From: Hydrolagus colliei
Lineage: Eukaryota
Length of the DNA stretch: 64,000 nt
NCBI GenBank assembly: GCA_035084275.1
Contig: CM068745.1
Coordinates: forward strand, 35,092,001-35,156,000
Direction: 5' to 3'
Shown here: positions 13,086 through 26,291 of the stretch, piece by piece
Layout of the letters: each line of letters begins with the position of its first letter
Position numbering within the stretch: position 1 is the stretch's first letter
Position numbers and translations under genes: made by a program
Notes under the pieces: model-generated
Database searches by the model: none
Seen by the model: the letters and a program-made list of their open reading frames with translations, nothing else
Told to the model about the DNA's origin: nothing

Positions 13086-14265
13086 TGCACTTTGTATTCA
13101 TTTCTCATCTCCACTGCTGTTTGATCACTACTGGGCTGGATACAGTAAGCCAATAAGTCGTACTGTTATCTTTGATCCTTTAGCTCATGCAGGATCCTTC
13201 CCATTGTGCAGCTGTTTTATCCTCCACCTCACATCAGAAAACAGTTCAGTGGAGTCTGGGTTTGAAGTGGTTCTAACAAGGAAGTCTTAAGAATGAGCTC
13301 AGCATTTTGTGAGTTTTTTGTTTGTTTAAAAAAATGTTCTATACAAAGTTCAGGTACTGAAGCATTAACTCTTAGGTAGACTTGAATGTGCACGTCTAGT
13401 GTTATTGAAGTCAGGAAGTAGGAGGTTATGCCAAAAATCACATTGATGTCAACAGGAAGTAAACTGAGATAAACCAGTAGTTAATTCTAGTTTAAAGGTA
13501 AGAGTAGTTTCCAGTTTAAAGGTAAAAGTAGTTTAAATTTAAGAGTGAACAACAAGCTTTAATTTGTATTTAATTCTTGTGGTCATTAATTATTTGATTC
13601 CCCCACACACACCCACTAGCAATCACTGTCAGTCTCCAGTCTCTTTCTTTTAACAGAGACCAAGCTGAGCCAGTCTAAATGCAATGTGCGTGTGACCCTT
13701 GAGATCTGTCAGCGGGGGTGCTTCTCCTTGTTTTCCTGGCTTGGATTGCAGCCCACATCTGTACAGATTACACAGGATACCTCCAGGGCCAAGGATGTGT
13801 CACAGTATTTACATTGAATGTTTTATGTCCATTCAAGCCCAGGAGTCGGATAAACCTTGTGCCATATCGGGAGCCATTGGCTAAAAATGTTAATACACAC
13901 AGTAAAGTGTTCAGCATATAAAATGAATTTCTTGTGAGTTCTTTTAAAATATAATCAAAGTTTTATTATAAATACTGTAATAGGAACAGGAGGAGAAGGT
14001 CGTTCAAACCATTGAGCCTGTTCTTAGTTGATCATTAGAAATATTTTAATTCAATTTCAATGCCTTTTTTCCTATACCCCTTGGTACGCTGTTTCCCATG
14101 TATCTATTGGCCTCAATTTTAACTATACCAATTGATTCTGCCTCCGCAGCCTTCTGGGTCAGTGTAGTTTTGAAGCCACCAGGATGGTGGAGTGGTTTAA
14201 AAGATCATGTATTGTGAGATAGTCTGCCTGCAACTGCCCTTGCCAAACTCTTTCCTCACCATTTA

Positions 14266-14591
14266 CAGTAAAACCTCGATAATCCGATATTCCGAAAGCT
14301 GACAACTCCCTTAAGCTGGTAAGCATTCAAAATACATACAGTATTAGATTTTTTTTCCGACATCCAGCAAGTTTGGAACAGCTGCTTGTACTTTCCGGTG
14401 TGGCCGATTTGTCATCTGGCGCTGTGGCTGGAGCTCAGACATTGTTTGGCGTCAGTGCTGTGTTTACAGCACACATGGTGTATGGGGTGGGGTTTCCCCA
14501 GCCATTTCTAGGGTAGGTTCTAAATACCGGCAAACTCCAAAATCCGGGAGATACGGGGGCCCAACTGTGCTGGATTATCGAGGTTTTGCTG
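14266..14591. mobile_element. Tc1/mariner-pogo (Tigger-like) MITE
   Basis: TIR CAG(T/C)AAAACCTCGATAATCC (19/20 match) with TA on both sides. Confidence 0.88.
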
Positions 14592-16689
14592 TATTAGTAT
14601 TTCTATAAATATTTTAAAATGTGAAACATAATTTTGGGTTTGATGTTCCAAATGGTATTGATTCATGGCATTACATCGGGTATGCTAAATGTTCTAAAGA
14701 CAAAATGGTAACTGCTGTCAGTTACTAACTATATAATGGCTATATAGTGACTATTAGCCATCGCTGATACAATACAAATTTACATAAGAACCTAGGAAAT
14801 GCTGGACGAGAAAAGCCAAGGGTCTATCTAGTTCGCCTTCCACCTTCCTGGTTGTCGCATGCACATTATGGCTCAAACTACCATAAGAACATAAGAAATG
14901 CTAGATGATAAAAGACCAATGTTAAGCAACGAAAAAGCAAAATTACATTTATATAGTACCTTTCATGTCAGGAGAATGTCCCAAAGTACTGGCTGGGGGC
15001 GACTGAGCTGGGTCTGGAAGCCAATGGGATAAGGTGGTGAAAGATGACCAAAAGCTCAGTCTTGTGAGTGACAGAGTGGATCCACATTGTGTGCTGGCTA
15101 TTAACTACAGTATGGATACTAGATATCACTGATACAGTGAGTGAATAGTGCAATGTTTTGGAGACTTCACATTAGTATCAAAATACAAATCATAGTGGAG
15201 CTGCTTACTTCTGATTTCCTGCCAGAGGATTTTGGCTGCTTTTGCTGCCTACCGTCACCTAGCATTGTTATTGAAGGCCTCCTTACGACTGTTGAATAGC
15301 TGATGACTATCACTGTCTAGGCTTACCACTAAACTGTGGGTATTCACTGGAAGATTCATGTATACAGAAATCCAATCTGTTTGGGTTTTGATGTCAGGCC
15401 ATGAATGGAATGCAGGGCTAGGAATCAACTTTGCTTGACAGCTTTTATAATCTCATGTTGCATCCGTTGAAAGTTTATTCTAAAATATTTTCTGGTCGAA
15501 GGAGTCATCTATACAACAGGGTGCAAATGTTTCTTTAAAAAAATATGTTGTTGGAACTTCTTTGTGAGATATTCAACAGTGATCTCACTTTATGAAAGGG
15601 GGAAATAACCCATTATATTTTTTTCTGAGAAAAATGTTAACGTGATTATCTTCAGGAAGCTGTGGGGATGGGAGGCAATGTGGGGGTGATTGCGTGAGGT
15701 GGGGGAAGGGGTGTTAGAATCTCAAACCTAGTTTGAGTTTCTTAAATGAAGGGCAGAACGTAGGTAGTGAACCATGTAAACCCACTGGGACTCATCCAGC
15801 AAAGCACACTGTTGTACTGTTCAAGTTTGTGAATACGGCAATTCAAGTAGTCAATCTGGAAGAGTCTGCATTTTTCATTCCTCCCTTTTGGGTTATGTCC
15901 AAAGCTAAGAAAAGCCATGTGTAGACAGTGGTGAGTGTGGATTGAGTCCAGAACTGGGGGACTGAGAAGATCACCGCAATCAGCACTCATGGGTCACAAA
16001 CTAACCCACACACACCAGTTCCCCCTTCAGTGGGCAGGAATCCATACAGTGAAACTCTGTCTTTCAGTAGTGCCATGAGTATGTATCGGAGGTGAAGTAT
16101 AAAACCTTGGGCTGAAGTAAAGGAGGGTGTGTTGTTAAGAATATATCTGGGTACACCACACACCTACAACAGTGGTCCAGAAACAGTCATTATGCTCAAC
16201 ATTTAACCAACACTAAACATGTTTGCAGCACCCTCTGGTTGAGCTGCAGGAATGGGTGTTGACTTCACACTGTTTGTTGCTAATCTGATATCATATTCAG
16301 AACATCTGTTTTAATGAGATACTGCGTGTAGTATTTACCGTGGGAAGCAAGCAAAGCAGAATATTCTGAACTGTGCAGGTTACTTCATTGCATTGTGTGG
16401 ATGAAAACATTATGGGGGAGGAAGGAGGGTGGAAGAAAATTTGTGTTGTATGTGTGGTGATAATTAACACCAATGATAATTAAAGCTAATGCATCATGTG
16501 AAAATTTTTCCCCCTGATAACCTCACCCTCATAGCAATTCTGATAATCTGCATACTTTCACAACACAGTAGTCTAGTTATTTCACTTGTAACCCTGCATC
16601 TGCTGCATCAAAGAGATTTATTTATGACACTAAGATTCTTGTCTTGACCTTCACATTTCTTCAGTCTCACTCCTCCGTACTTCTACAAT

Positions 16690-17090
16690 CTCCTCTAGCA
16701 ATCTCCTCTGTCAGCCTGCCCATCCGCTCCGTTCAGTGGGCTGTGGCCTGCTCCATGTCCCCCGCCCAAACACCCTACCATCGGTGGCCAGGCTTTCAGC
16801 CTCTCTGCCCCCACACTCTGGAATTCCATCCCGCAATCCCTTCGCCTCGCTTCCTGCCTTTCCTCCTTTAAGGCCAATCTGAAGATCTTCCTCTTTGACC
16901 ATTCTTCTGCTCCCCTCCTAACTCTCCCCCCTCTCCTGCTCTCTCCTTCCCCTTATCCTGAACCACCCCCGCCCCCCCACCCCCTTCTCGGTCCCGACCT
17001 AACTGTTCAGCATCTTGGGACATCCTCCTGACGTGAAAGTCGCTCTATAAATGTCATTTTGTTGTTGTTGTTGTTTTGTTGTTGTTGTAT
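16690..17090 (+). mobile_element. L2 3'-end fragment with (TTG)n tail
   Basis: Closely similar to 30560-30905 and 54980-55330. Ends gtcgctctataaatgtcattttgttgttgttg. Confidence 0.85.
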
Positions 17091-18529
17091 CTTAATCTCT
17101 CACCTTGCACCCGTTACACTTTTGACTCTGGTCTACTGTTTGTTCCACACTCCTTCTCTTCTACCATCACTGATTGAGTCCAATCACTATGCCCCCCATC
17201 ACGGGAACTCCCTAACTTCTTAAAAGTATATCTTGTTTAACTTGCCTTTGGCCACCTGCAGTAAATTATCCCTGTTTTTCTCCATGTTCAGGAACTGCCC
17301 ACCCACCACCTTGTCTTTGTGAAGGGCTTTGAGATTCAGTCTGAGATATACAAAATCACAAGATTATTGTTAAGTTAAATAGAGAGAAGTTATTTTCACT
17401 GATAGGGTTGTCAGTACTATCACAGCAGACATAATTATAAGGTAACTACAAGAATAGAGAAAGGGGAACTTACAAGGAATTCTTTCACCTAAAATAGTTG
17501 GGTGAACACCTGACTGAGCAGGGTGGTGGTGGTGCAGTTGATTGTAGCTTTTAAGAGGGAAGTAGACAGCCATATGAAAGAGAGGAGCTTGAATGGGTAT
17601 GGAGATTGGGTGGGTCATGGGATTGAAGCAATATCCTTGCTATGTAAACTGGTCCTGGCTTGATGGGCTGCAAACCCTTCATCTAAGCTATACATTTATA
17701 TCTTTCTAAGTAAAATCTGCTAAATAAGTTCAAGGATTCAAAGCTCAGGATTCTTTCAGATTAAGGACACCAAATCACAAATGGGAATTCCTTCTGGTGA
17801 CTAGGAGTAGCCCAAGTACACTAGCAGTGGAAACTGCTCCAAAGCAGGTCAAGCAGGGTTTATGAGAGTCTCTGTGACTTTTGCAACACAGAGTCCTTAG
17901 TAAGAAATCGCATCAGAAATCACCCCCATTTTAGCCATCTAATCATCATTCAAGATGACCATTGTTCACGATGACAGGAAAACAATAAGGAGATTGTAAA
18001 TACAGTAGAGCTCTGGCATAACACATCACTATCTCATTGACTTCCCAGCATGTTAAAAATGCTATGTGCAGAAGGTAAAAAGTGGCCTAAATGGCAGCAT
18101 GATGACCCGGCCATTTCGTTGTGCAGGAATTCACTACTTTCTGCACACATGTGGCATAATATCATTGGTTATACGATTGATGACTTCATGAGGCCTCAGA
18201 AGTGCTGAACGTTGATCACTCCCCAGTATAAAGCTGATTGGGATTTTATGGACCCCTCCACACCCCCCACAACTAGCACATTACAATGGGTTCTACATTG
18301 TTCATTGTAATGATCGGTTGGGAAAAGGAGTAAAACTTAAGCCCTGGGGCTAGCTAGCTAGTAATGAACTCATTCCACCCAACATACAATATATGCCTTT
18401 CAAATTCAAACATTTACCAGCAATTTACAGTGAAACACAGCTGTCATGTGAGTCACTAAACCTGCTGGAGACAATTTCTATTAGTATTTTACAACATTCT
18501 TCTTTACTTCATTAAAATCCTGGAGGATT

Positions 18530-18930
18530 TACAGCATGACAGGAGGCCATTTGGTGCATCATCTCTACGCTGGTGAAATCTCTCCCAGTGGAGCTATCCA
18601 CCCCCATCCTATTCCCTTACGCCAGACTCATTTATAATTTTCTCAAGCATTAATACATTTTCCCCTTTCAATGCTGTTATGGATTCAACTTTGAGAGCCA
18701 TTTGTGGTGAGGCATTCCGCATTCTAACAACTCGTTGTGAAAAACACTTTCTTCTGACCGCCCCCTTTATCTTCTTGTAATCATCCTCAGATTATTACCC
18801 TCTTATTATTTACTCATTAATCAATGAGAATACAGTAGTCTCTCTTTATGTACCAAAATGGTTTAGAATTTGAAAAACCTCAAAGTTTGTAAAATACCCT
18901 CCCCCAATCTCGTCTGCTCATGTGGGAAAA
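18530..18930 (-). mobile_element. CR1 3' UTR fragment
   Basis: acagcatgacaggaggccatttgg...gaggcattccgcattctaacaactcgttgtgaaaaac, typical of a reverse-oriented CR1 tail. Confidence 0.65.
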
Positions 18931-19394
18931 AGGTCCCAACTTTCAACTATCAAGAAACAATACATGCCTTTTGGCTGGATTAACCAATGTTGCCATTGGC
19001 ATATAAAATTGCTAAACTGCATGTATGTCTTGGTGCAAGAGAAGTCACCTTGGAAAAAAATAGAAAACTGGAAAATAGATGAAATAAAGCAAATAATTCC
19101 AATTTAGCTTCTGGATCCCAGGGTGAGCTCACTCCTCCCTCCTAGTCTTATTAAATTCATATCCAGTAATATACACACAAATCAGTTTTCTGGTTACAAA
19201 AAAAACTGCCGCGTAACCACCAGAAAAAGTAACTGCAATGTAGATTGTGTTTACTGTAGGTACATCCCTTTGACCCGCAAGACTGAGGAGATCCTAGAGC
19301 AGAGATAACGTCTCATGAATCAGTGTGACAAACAGCGAGTCCTCTGAAGATACTCGAGGAGAACAACAACAACTTCAGTAACTTGCATTATCCT

Positions 19395-19785
19395 ACAGAC
19401 ATGGGGTTAACTTCCACATGTATGCAGATGACACCCAACTAACTCTATCTTTCTGATTAAACCCTCGACACCAGGACTACCACTGTCCTGACGGACTGTC
19501 TGCCAGACATCAAGTCCTGAATGAGAGCTAACTTTCTACAGTTGAATGTCAATAAGATAGAGGTCTTTCTGATTGGCTCATGCTAGAGCCTTCATGCATC
19601 AGGCGCTGTTAGCATCAACCTCCATGGTTGCTCACTCAACCTCAACAAGTCAGTCAGGAACCTAGGTGTCTTGTTCGATCCTCAACTATCTTTCCTCACC
19701 TACAGATTCCTAGTGAATGGAGACAGGAGTGTTCTAAGACGCTGCCCAGCATGGAGGGCACTGTATATATGTGAGTTGTTGTTAT
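19395..19785 (+). mobile_element. L2 LINE RT fragment with 3' tail
   Basis: Encodes FHMYADDTQL...LQLNVNKIE...VRNLGVLFD and aligns by eye to 54330-54630. Confidence 0.85.
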
Positions 19786-22700
19786 TGTAGGAGCAATTGT
19801 ATACATTTTTCACATGGTAGTCAGCATTACTTGAAGTGAAAAGGTTAAGTCTATCGCGAGAGGTACAGTATACTAGCAGAACATCCACATGTTGGGTGTG
19901 TTGCTTTTTTTGCTGAAACAAACAACCAGTTTTCACTTCCTGTGACCTCTGCCTTCCTGCTTTCTGTGGAGAGCCACTTTAAACCCATATTTAGCAATTA
20001 TACACAGAGCATGGCATTGAGTGGTTGAAAGATTGCCAAGCCCAGCAACTGCGATACCACATGTTGCAGTGCAGAATGCAATAGATATTCTGGGAGATAT
20101 TCATATAGATTGCTGGCATCATTTTCAATATGCATATGTTAGGAAACATTGTTTGTCAAGAGATACCCTTTTTTATCCTGTATGTTGCAATATTCATAAT
20201 TTTGAACACACAAAAACATGGCACCATCTCAGTGAGGACGAAAAATGTTTCGCAACCTGCAGTTCGTTGTTTCAATGGCCACAGCCCGAAGATCTGAATC
20301 ATGTTGAAATATGCCTTCTTTTCACATGTGTGCCAGCTCTTTTTGATAAAATGGATGCAGTAATGTTCTGGTTGCTCTCCCTCCTCAAACAAAGAAAAAA
20401 GTGTTTTCAAACAGTCTGTGTGAAGATGGTCAAAGAACAAGCATAAGTGGCTCCAGCTAAAGTGATAAGCAGGACATCAGGCGTTTCAATCGGTGACCTC
20501 TCTTGACACAAGAGCTCCAGTACTGTGTATGCATGAACAGAGTGTCTGGAGTAAGATGTAATTTGGTTGGTAATGCTTATCCAAATTCAATGTGCTTCGT
20601 ACTATAAGTGTAATTTGTTGTTGTTGTACTGGCGCTATGCCCAGGTCATGCCCAGCTCCTGATTAGGAGCTTGGAGACATCAATCAGTTCATCGCTCATG
20701 CCGTTCCTTCTTATTTTCTCCAATCCGCCCTTGCTGCTCCTGTAAGTATCAACACAGTTAGCGTCTTCTTCTAAGCAGCACAAAATCAAAGTCTGTCTGC
20801 TTTTTCTCTTTTTGAAAAAATATACATTTTGAAAAAAAAGACTAATTTCCTTCCAACAGTCCCGATTCATTTATTTTGGCAATGGGTTTGTTTCCTGGGT
20901 ATGACTGCAGAGTTCAGCGAGCTCTTTGTTGTACCTGCTGGCTCAGGCACAGATTGCAGCACACTGGAACTGCCTTCAATTCCGCCACATGTCTCTCCCT
21001 CCAGTAAGGTCACTCTGCACCATAAGTCAAAAGCATAAAAGGATTTTGGTGTTCAGCAAGGAGTTAATTCAGTGATGGACAAAAGCCCTAGGATCATAAA
21101 GCACTCATTGAAGAATACTTAGAACAATTTAATATTATGAAGCCTTCTATGTAGGGTGGATGGCTCAAAATACTTTATAAAGCCTGAGCTGCGGGTTTTA
21201 TGGAGGTGGCTGAAGTCACAGTCAAAGAAATAGTAAAACAGTGAAAACCGAGAGAAAAGGTGGATGAATGTTAGAAGATTTTCAAAGGGTAGGTTGGTGG
21301 ACTGAAAGGTCGCCCAGTAATGATGAATCAGGGAGGTGGTGGAGTAGAATTTCAGAAGATCACAAACGTACAACACTATAAGGTCATTTGAAAGTAAGGA
21401 CAAGGATTATAAAGTGAAACCGCTGAGGCGATAGTAGAGTCATGCAAAGATAGGAGTGATTAGGTCATTGAACATAATGCGGAAGAAGATGTGGGTAGCA
21501 GAGTTTGGGATGATCTGGAGTTTGTAGAGACCAGAGAGCAAAGCTTTGGAGACATGAAGGCTGGAGATAACAACAAAGCGAATAAGGGTATTGCCGAGCA
21601 CAGCATCTGTGAAACCACGTGTTGGAGTGTAGATTACAATAGATATTTTGGCCGATAAATTCCTGCTCTAAATGAAGTTCAGTGTTGGACAAACACAATG
21701 AAATCAATTTCATAAAGCTCTTATTTGAACGACCTCCCAATGTAAATATAATTTGTTGTTGTTAAACAATACTCAGACTGACCCTCATGCATGAAACCTT
21801 TTACAGAGAGTGGACCTCTCAAAATGGGCCACTCTTTGAGGGGGTGGGGGTGGGGGAGGGGAGGGGTGGGGAGACGTGTTGGGTGGTAGTGGCAGAAGCG
21901 GGCGATTTTGTATTAATTGAGGTTGAGAGAAAGTGGACTTGATCAGAGCCCAGAATTAAGGTTTAAAAGAGAGTTGATGGCCGAACAAAATAGCAACATG
22001 CAGTACAGGCTCTGTAAGTTACACTGAACAACCAGGAAAGCAACCATCATCGGAAGTCAGAGGCATTGGCAAGAACCAAGCAGACAAGTCTTCATTTGTT
22101 GACACCAAGCAAGGGCATATCTATTTTAATTTTCACTTATTCTTTAATTAGAGCTTTATTGGATTTTTTTTAACAAAAACCTTTCTTTACTGTAGTTTTA
22201 TGGTCCGTATGTTTTTTTTATTGTTTGCATGTGATTTGAGACAATATATTTTGACGGTTTAGTGGTTTGTGCCTACAGCATTACCAGCAACCTACAGAGG
22301 TACTACCCTATAGAGCAACCAATAGCCAGTGTCATCAATCAGCAATACTGCCATTCGACTGTACAACCTAAATGTAGCTAATAAAGTTAAAAGCAAATGC
22401 ATAGTAAGAGACTTCCAAGTGTCACACGTTGGCAGCTGCAGTTTGGTTTTAAATTGGGAACATTTTGATGTTCATCCAGCTCGTAAATCAAGCTCCATTT
22501 ATATTAGTGGATTGGAAGCTTTGTGTCCCTCGCTGTCATACTATTTTCTTCATGTGGGCCATCTAAAGGATCATTTTCAAAGGAAATTCAATGGCTTCTA
22601 CTTGACATCAAATTTGTGTTCCGGCTGTTTCATTGAATAGAATAAACAGACTTTGAGCTAAAAATTGCGCATTTTTCTAGCACATTTACACATACCACTT

Positions 22701-22920
22701 CTTAATTAGAGGGTTATATGGTATAAGTAGCCAAGGAAAATACACCCAGGTTCATGTTCACTCACTTTAATGCCATCATGCATTAGTTGTGGGTCCTCCA
22801 GCAGAGATATCTTGGGGGAGGAAGCTGCTGCCTATCTTCTCTGTACCTAATAATGTACATTTGAAGCTGGACATCACTCGACTAAAACATAAGACCACTG
22901 GACACATAAAGAAAGAGCCC

Positions 22921-23050
22921 AAACACAAACAAAAATTACTGCAGATGCTGGAAATCGATAAAGGGTCGTGGACCCGAAACATTGGCTCACTTTCTTTTCT
23001 CCATAGATGTTGCCTGACCTGCTGAGTTTTCCCAGCAACTTCTGTTTTTG
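22921..23050. mobile_element. Solo Penelope pLTR with inverted junction
   Basis: Minus-strand terminus (aaaattactgcagatgctggaaatc) is fused to a plus-strand pLTR (aagggtcgtggacccgaaac...cagcaacttctgtttttg). The CTGATGA box is lost. Confidence 0.75.
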
Positions 23051-25260
23051 GTAAAGAGATCGCCCCAAATGTTGTTCCAAACTTGCAGGTTGAAAGTATA
23101 AACCACCAGAACAAGCAATGACTATGTGGAGATTTCTGTTTGTAAATCTGAGGATCATGTAGTGACTTACTTTCATACAGTTCTCCATTAAATGTTGTTA
23201 TTGTTTTGTGTAAGGATGTGAGCTCATAATGTATGCTAATGCACCCAAGGCAACACTACAGTGTTAGTGGAGCTGTTCTTCAGATGAGATGTTACAGTCA
23301 ATTCACTTTACAGTATATTTTGTGAAGCGCTTTGTCGATATGATATGATGTCGATAAGATATGAAAAGCGCTATATCAAATGTAAAGATTATTATTATTC
23401 TTATACTGAGGTCCAAATCTGCTTGTTCAAATGGACTTTAAAGTTCGTCATGACAATATCCCCCAAATTTAGGAATTTTTCCTGGTGTTCTGATAATTAG
23501 TCGTTCATTTTGTAGCTGTTTGTGGGACATTGCCTGCAGTTTTTTTGCTGCTAAAAAAAAGTCTTGTTAGGTGTTTTGAATTTTTTTTAAATCGGTTCTT
23601 TCTTTCTAATGATTACCCCAAACAAGCTGAATCTATGCAGGGTTCTTCACCCTGGAGAAAAGCTGTGATTAGTTTGTAGTATGTAGCTCAAGTTATACAT
23701 TATTTTGTGAGGGGAGCTTCAGGAATTCTACACATATGTGTTATAGCTTGTACTGTGGCCTTACGTTAGTTGCAGTTTATGTGGGAGTTAGTCTCTCTAC
23801 TCAGCTGTGCTACTGGTAAATAAATATGTTCCTGTCTCCTTGTGGTTCACTCTGCCCTCCTTTCTCTCCCAAACATTGGTAGATTTACAATTCCAGTTTT
23901 CTATTGGCTGATAGAGTGGGTGTAAATGTTTTGTAAATTATTGCTTTCATTGAATGTGCTGAAGTACAAGAATTGAATAATAAAGGATGGATTCTAAATT
24001 CAGACTACCAACATTAGGCACGGTAAAAGCTGAAAAGTCAAGAATTTCACAACAGAACTGTAGGATCCTCACTAAGGTTAAAGATTGACCAGATGTGAAA
24101 CAACAACAAAATGACACTTGTATAGTGCCTTTCATGTTAGGAGGACACGGGAGTAGAGCTACGCTCAGCGCCTTGGGACATCCTCCCGTTGTGAAAGGCG
24201 CTCTATAAATGTAATGTTGTTGTTGTTGTACTCCTACACATAAGATTGCTGTTACATACGCCCCCATTTGCCCTCAGGAGTAGGGCCAGCCACAAAGCAG
24301 TTTAACAGTTCTGCTGTCTCAAACTACTCAACTACAGTTGCTTTATTATTATATGTACAAATATTTTAAATGCAAGTATTTTTCAGAACTGTCCAGTTTG
24401 TTTAAATAAAAAGTGGAGACTTCACTAAAATCGGTCAAGTTCATTCAAATGTGCAGCCTAGATTGAGGCACTGTCTCAACCAAGAGGTAGCTAAGATAGA
24501 CACACATTACTCTCCACACATTGGCTTCTCCGTTCCTCAATGAATACCTTTACACACTATAGTGTTAATACAGAATGTCTGTCTTATAGCAAAAGGTCAA
24601 GGAATTTCAGCGCACCACATTTTGTTGTTGAAGCTATTAAACACAGCCCGCTTTATATTCACTTGCCAGATTTTTTCTGGACAGCCAACTGCAAATGAAA
24701 CACAGTAACCATGAGGCCTGGTTCAGAATACAGTAAAACTAAATAATTTGCCTTTTGCTGGACTAAATGTACAGTATATATTTAAATAGATTACTGGTTG
24801 TAATTTATTCCCCAATTTCCACCCTGTTCTCTCCTCATCTCCCAAAAATATCCTTCGTACTGCTGTTTGGCTCCAAAATGATTGTACTGCAGAAATATAA
24901 AGTCAGGATCAAAAATCCTGGAAGGGACTATTATTTGAAAGGAAGGAAGATAATATGTATGGAACATGCAAAGGACCTGGGGGGTCCTGATTGACAATAA
25001 ATTGAAACTCTTCCAATGGTGCTCTGTGGTAATAAGTAAAGAAAACCAGATGTTGGGATGTATAAAAACATTAATAGCAAGCAAAAATAGTGGGCTAGTC
25101 CTGGCACTGAATAAATAATTGGTGTACAGTTCTGGGCGCTGCAGTACAGTTTATCGGTTTATTGCTGACAAATGTTAGATTTTGCTTTGTAGTACATCCG
25201 AATACATATTGTCACAATTCATAAAACTGAAACAGTTTCCCTCTATTTATCTTCCAACAG

Positions 25261-25363
25261 TTCCTCAAGTCCTCAAAAGCTGTGCTGGATTCATTGAGAA
25301 AAATGGGATTGTCGATGGAGTGTACAGACTCTCAGGAATCACATCCAACATCCAAAAGCTGAG
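25261..25363 (+). CDS. ARHGAP31: ARHGAP31 exon 2 (RhoGAP domain, arginine finger)
   Basis: CAG acceptor ends 25260. Encodes VPQVLKSCAGFIEKNGIVDGVYRLSGITSNIQKLR with the catalytic GxYRLSG motif. Donor gtaagg. Confidence 0.97.
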
Positions 25364-26146
25364 GTAAGGCACACCTTCACTGACACACTGATGTACTGAA
25401 TACATCACTGTGTCTTGGGCTCACACAACCCTTTACTCTTCAAATGTTAAAGTGCTACTGGCTCTAGTAATTATCTTCTAATCCCAGTTTTGTAGAGAGA
25501 TGGGAACAAGGGTCAAGTAAGGTGTCAGATTGGCTCAGTTGATAGCATTGTGGGTTCTAGGTCCAATGCAAGACTCATAGCATCACATTTTCTGAGGTGC
25601 TGTCCTTCAGGTAAAATCTTTAAATAGAAGTCCTGTCTATCAGTCAGGTGATCTTATAATAATAATGACAGGTTTCTGTCACCACACAGACACACAGCTA
25701 ATCAAATGAAAAGTATTGAGCTAAATGCTGCTGGAGTGGATGCATTGTAGTTATTGTTGGTAACACTAGCCCCTCTCTCTCACAATAAGCTTCTGCTGCA
25801 TGTAAATCATTCCCAATGCCCTGCACCTTTTTTTTAATCAATGGAAATACCTGCTGTTTTGAAATAGAATGAAACATTCTTTAATGAAAACAGAAGGTTC
25901 AAACCCAGAACATTACACTTGGTTTCTCTTTCTGATATTGCACTGTGGTTTCCAAGGTTCAATGTTTTATTTTATCTTTGATGGAAATACAACATTCTGC
26001 AATTGCACCTTACCCAGGGCATCAGAAAAAGCTATTAACCATTCTTGTGCTCTTGCCATTCAATCTGCAGCCTGTCTAATCTCTTCACTGTAAGATTTGG
26101 TTGCCAGCTGTGAACTAACAGAGGTTTGTTGTGTCTGCTCTTGCAG

Positions 26147-26291
26147 ACAGGAGTTTGGCACAGAGCAATGCCCTGACCTGACCAAGGAAGTGTATCTGCA
26201 AGACATTCACTGTGTGGGTTCTCTCTGTAAGCAGTACTTCCGAGAACTCCCAAATCCTCTCCTCACTTATGAACTGTACAAAAAATTCACA
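26147..26291 (+). CDS. ARHGAP31: ARHGAP31 exon 3
   Basis: ttgcag acceptor. Encodes QEFGTEQCPDLTKEVYLQDIHCVGSLCKQYFRELPNPLLTYELYKKFT. Donor gtgagt. Confidence 0.97.

Noticed and set aside
20021-20446. 141-aa intronic ORF, plus the other short ORFs in the track such as 63465-63887
   Set aside because: No recognisable domain, non-ATG starts and no supporting splice structure; consistent with chance ORFs.
22955-22985. Functional hammerhead in this pLTR copy (and the 51490 copy)
   Set aside because: The CTGATGA box is missing at 22955, and the whole motif is deleted at 51490.
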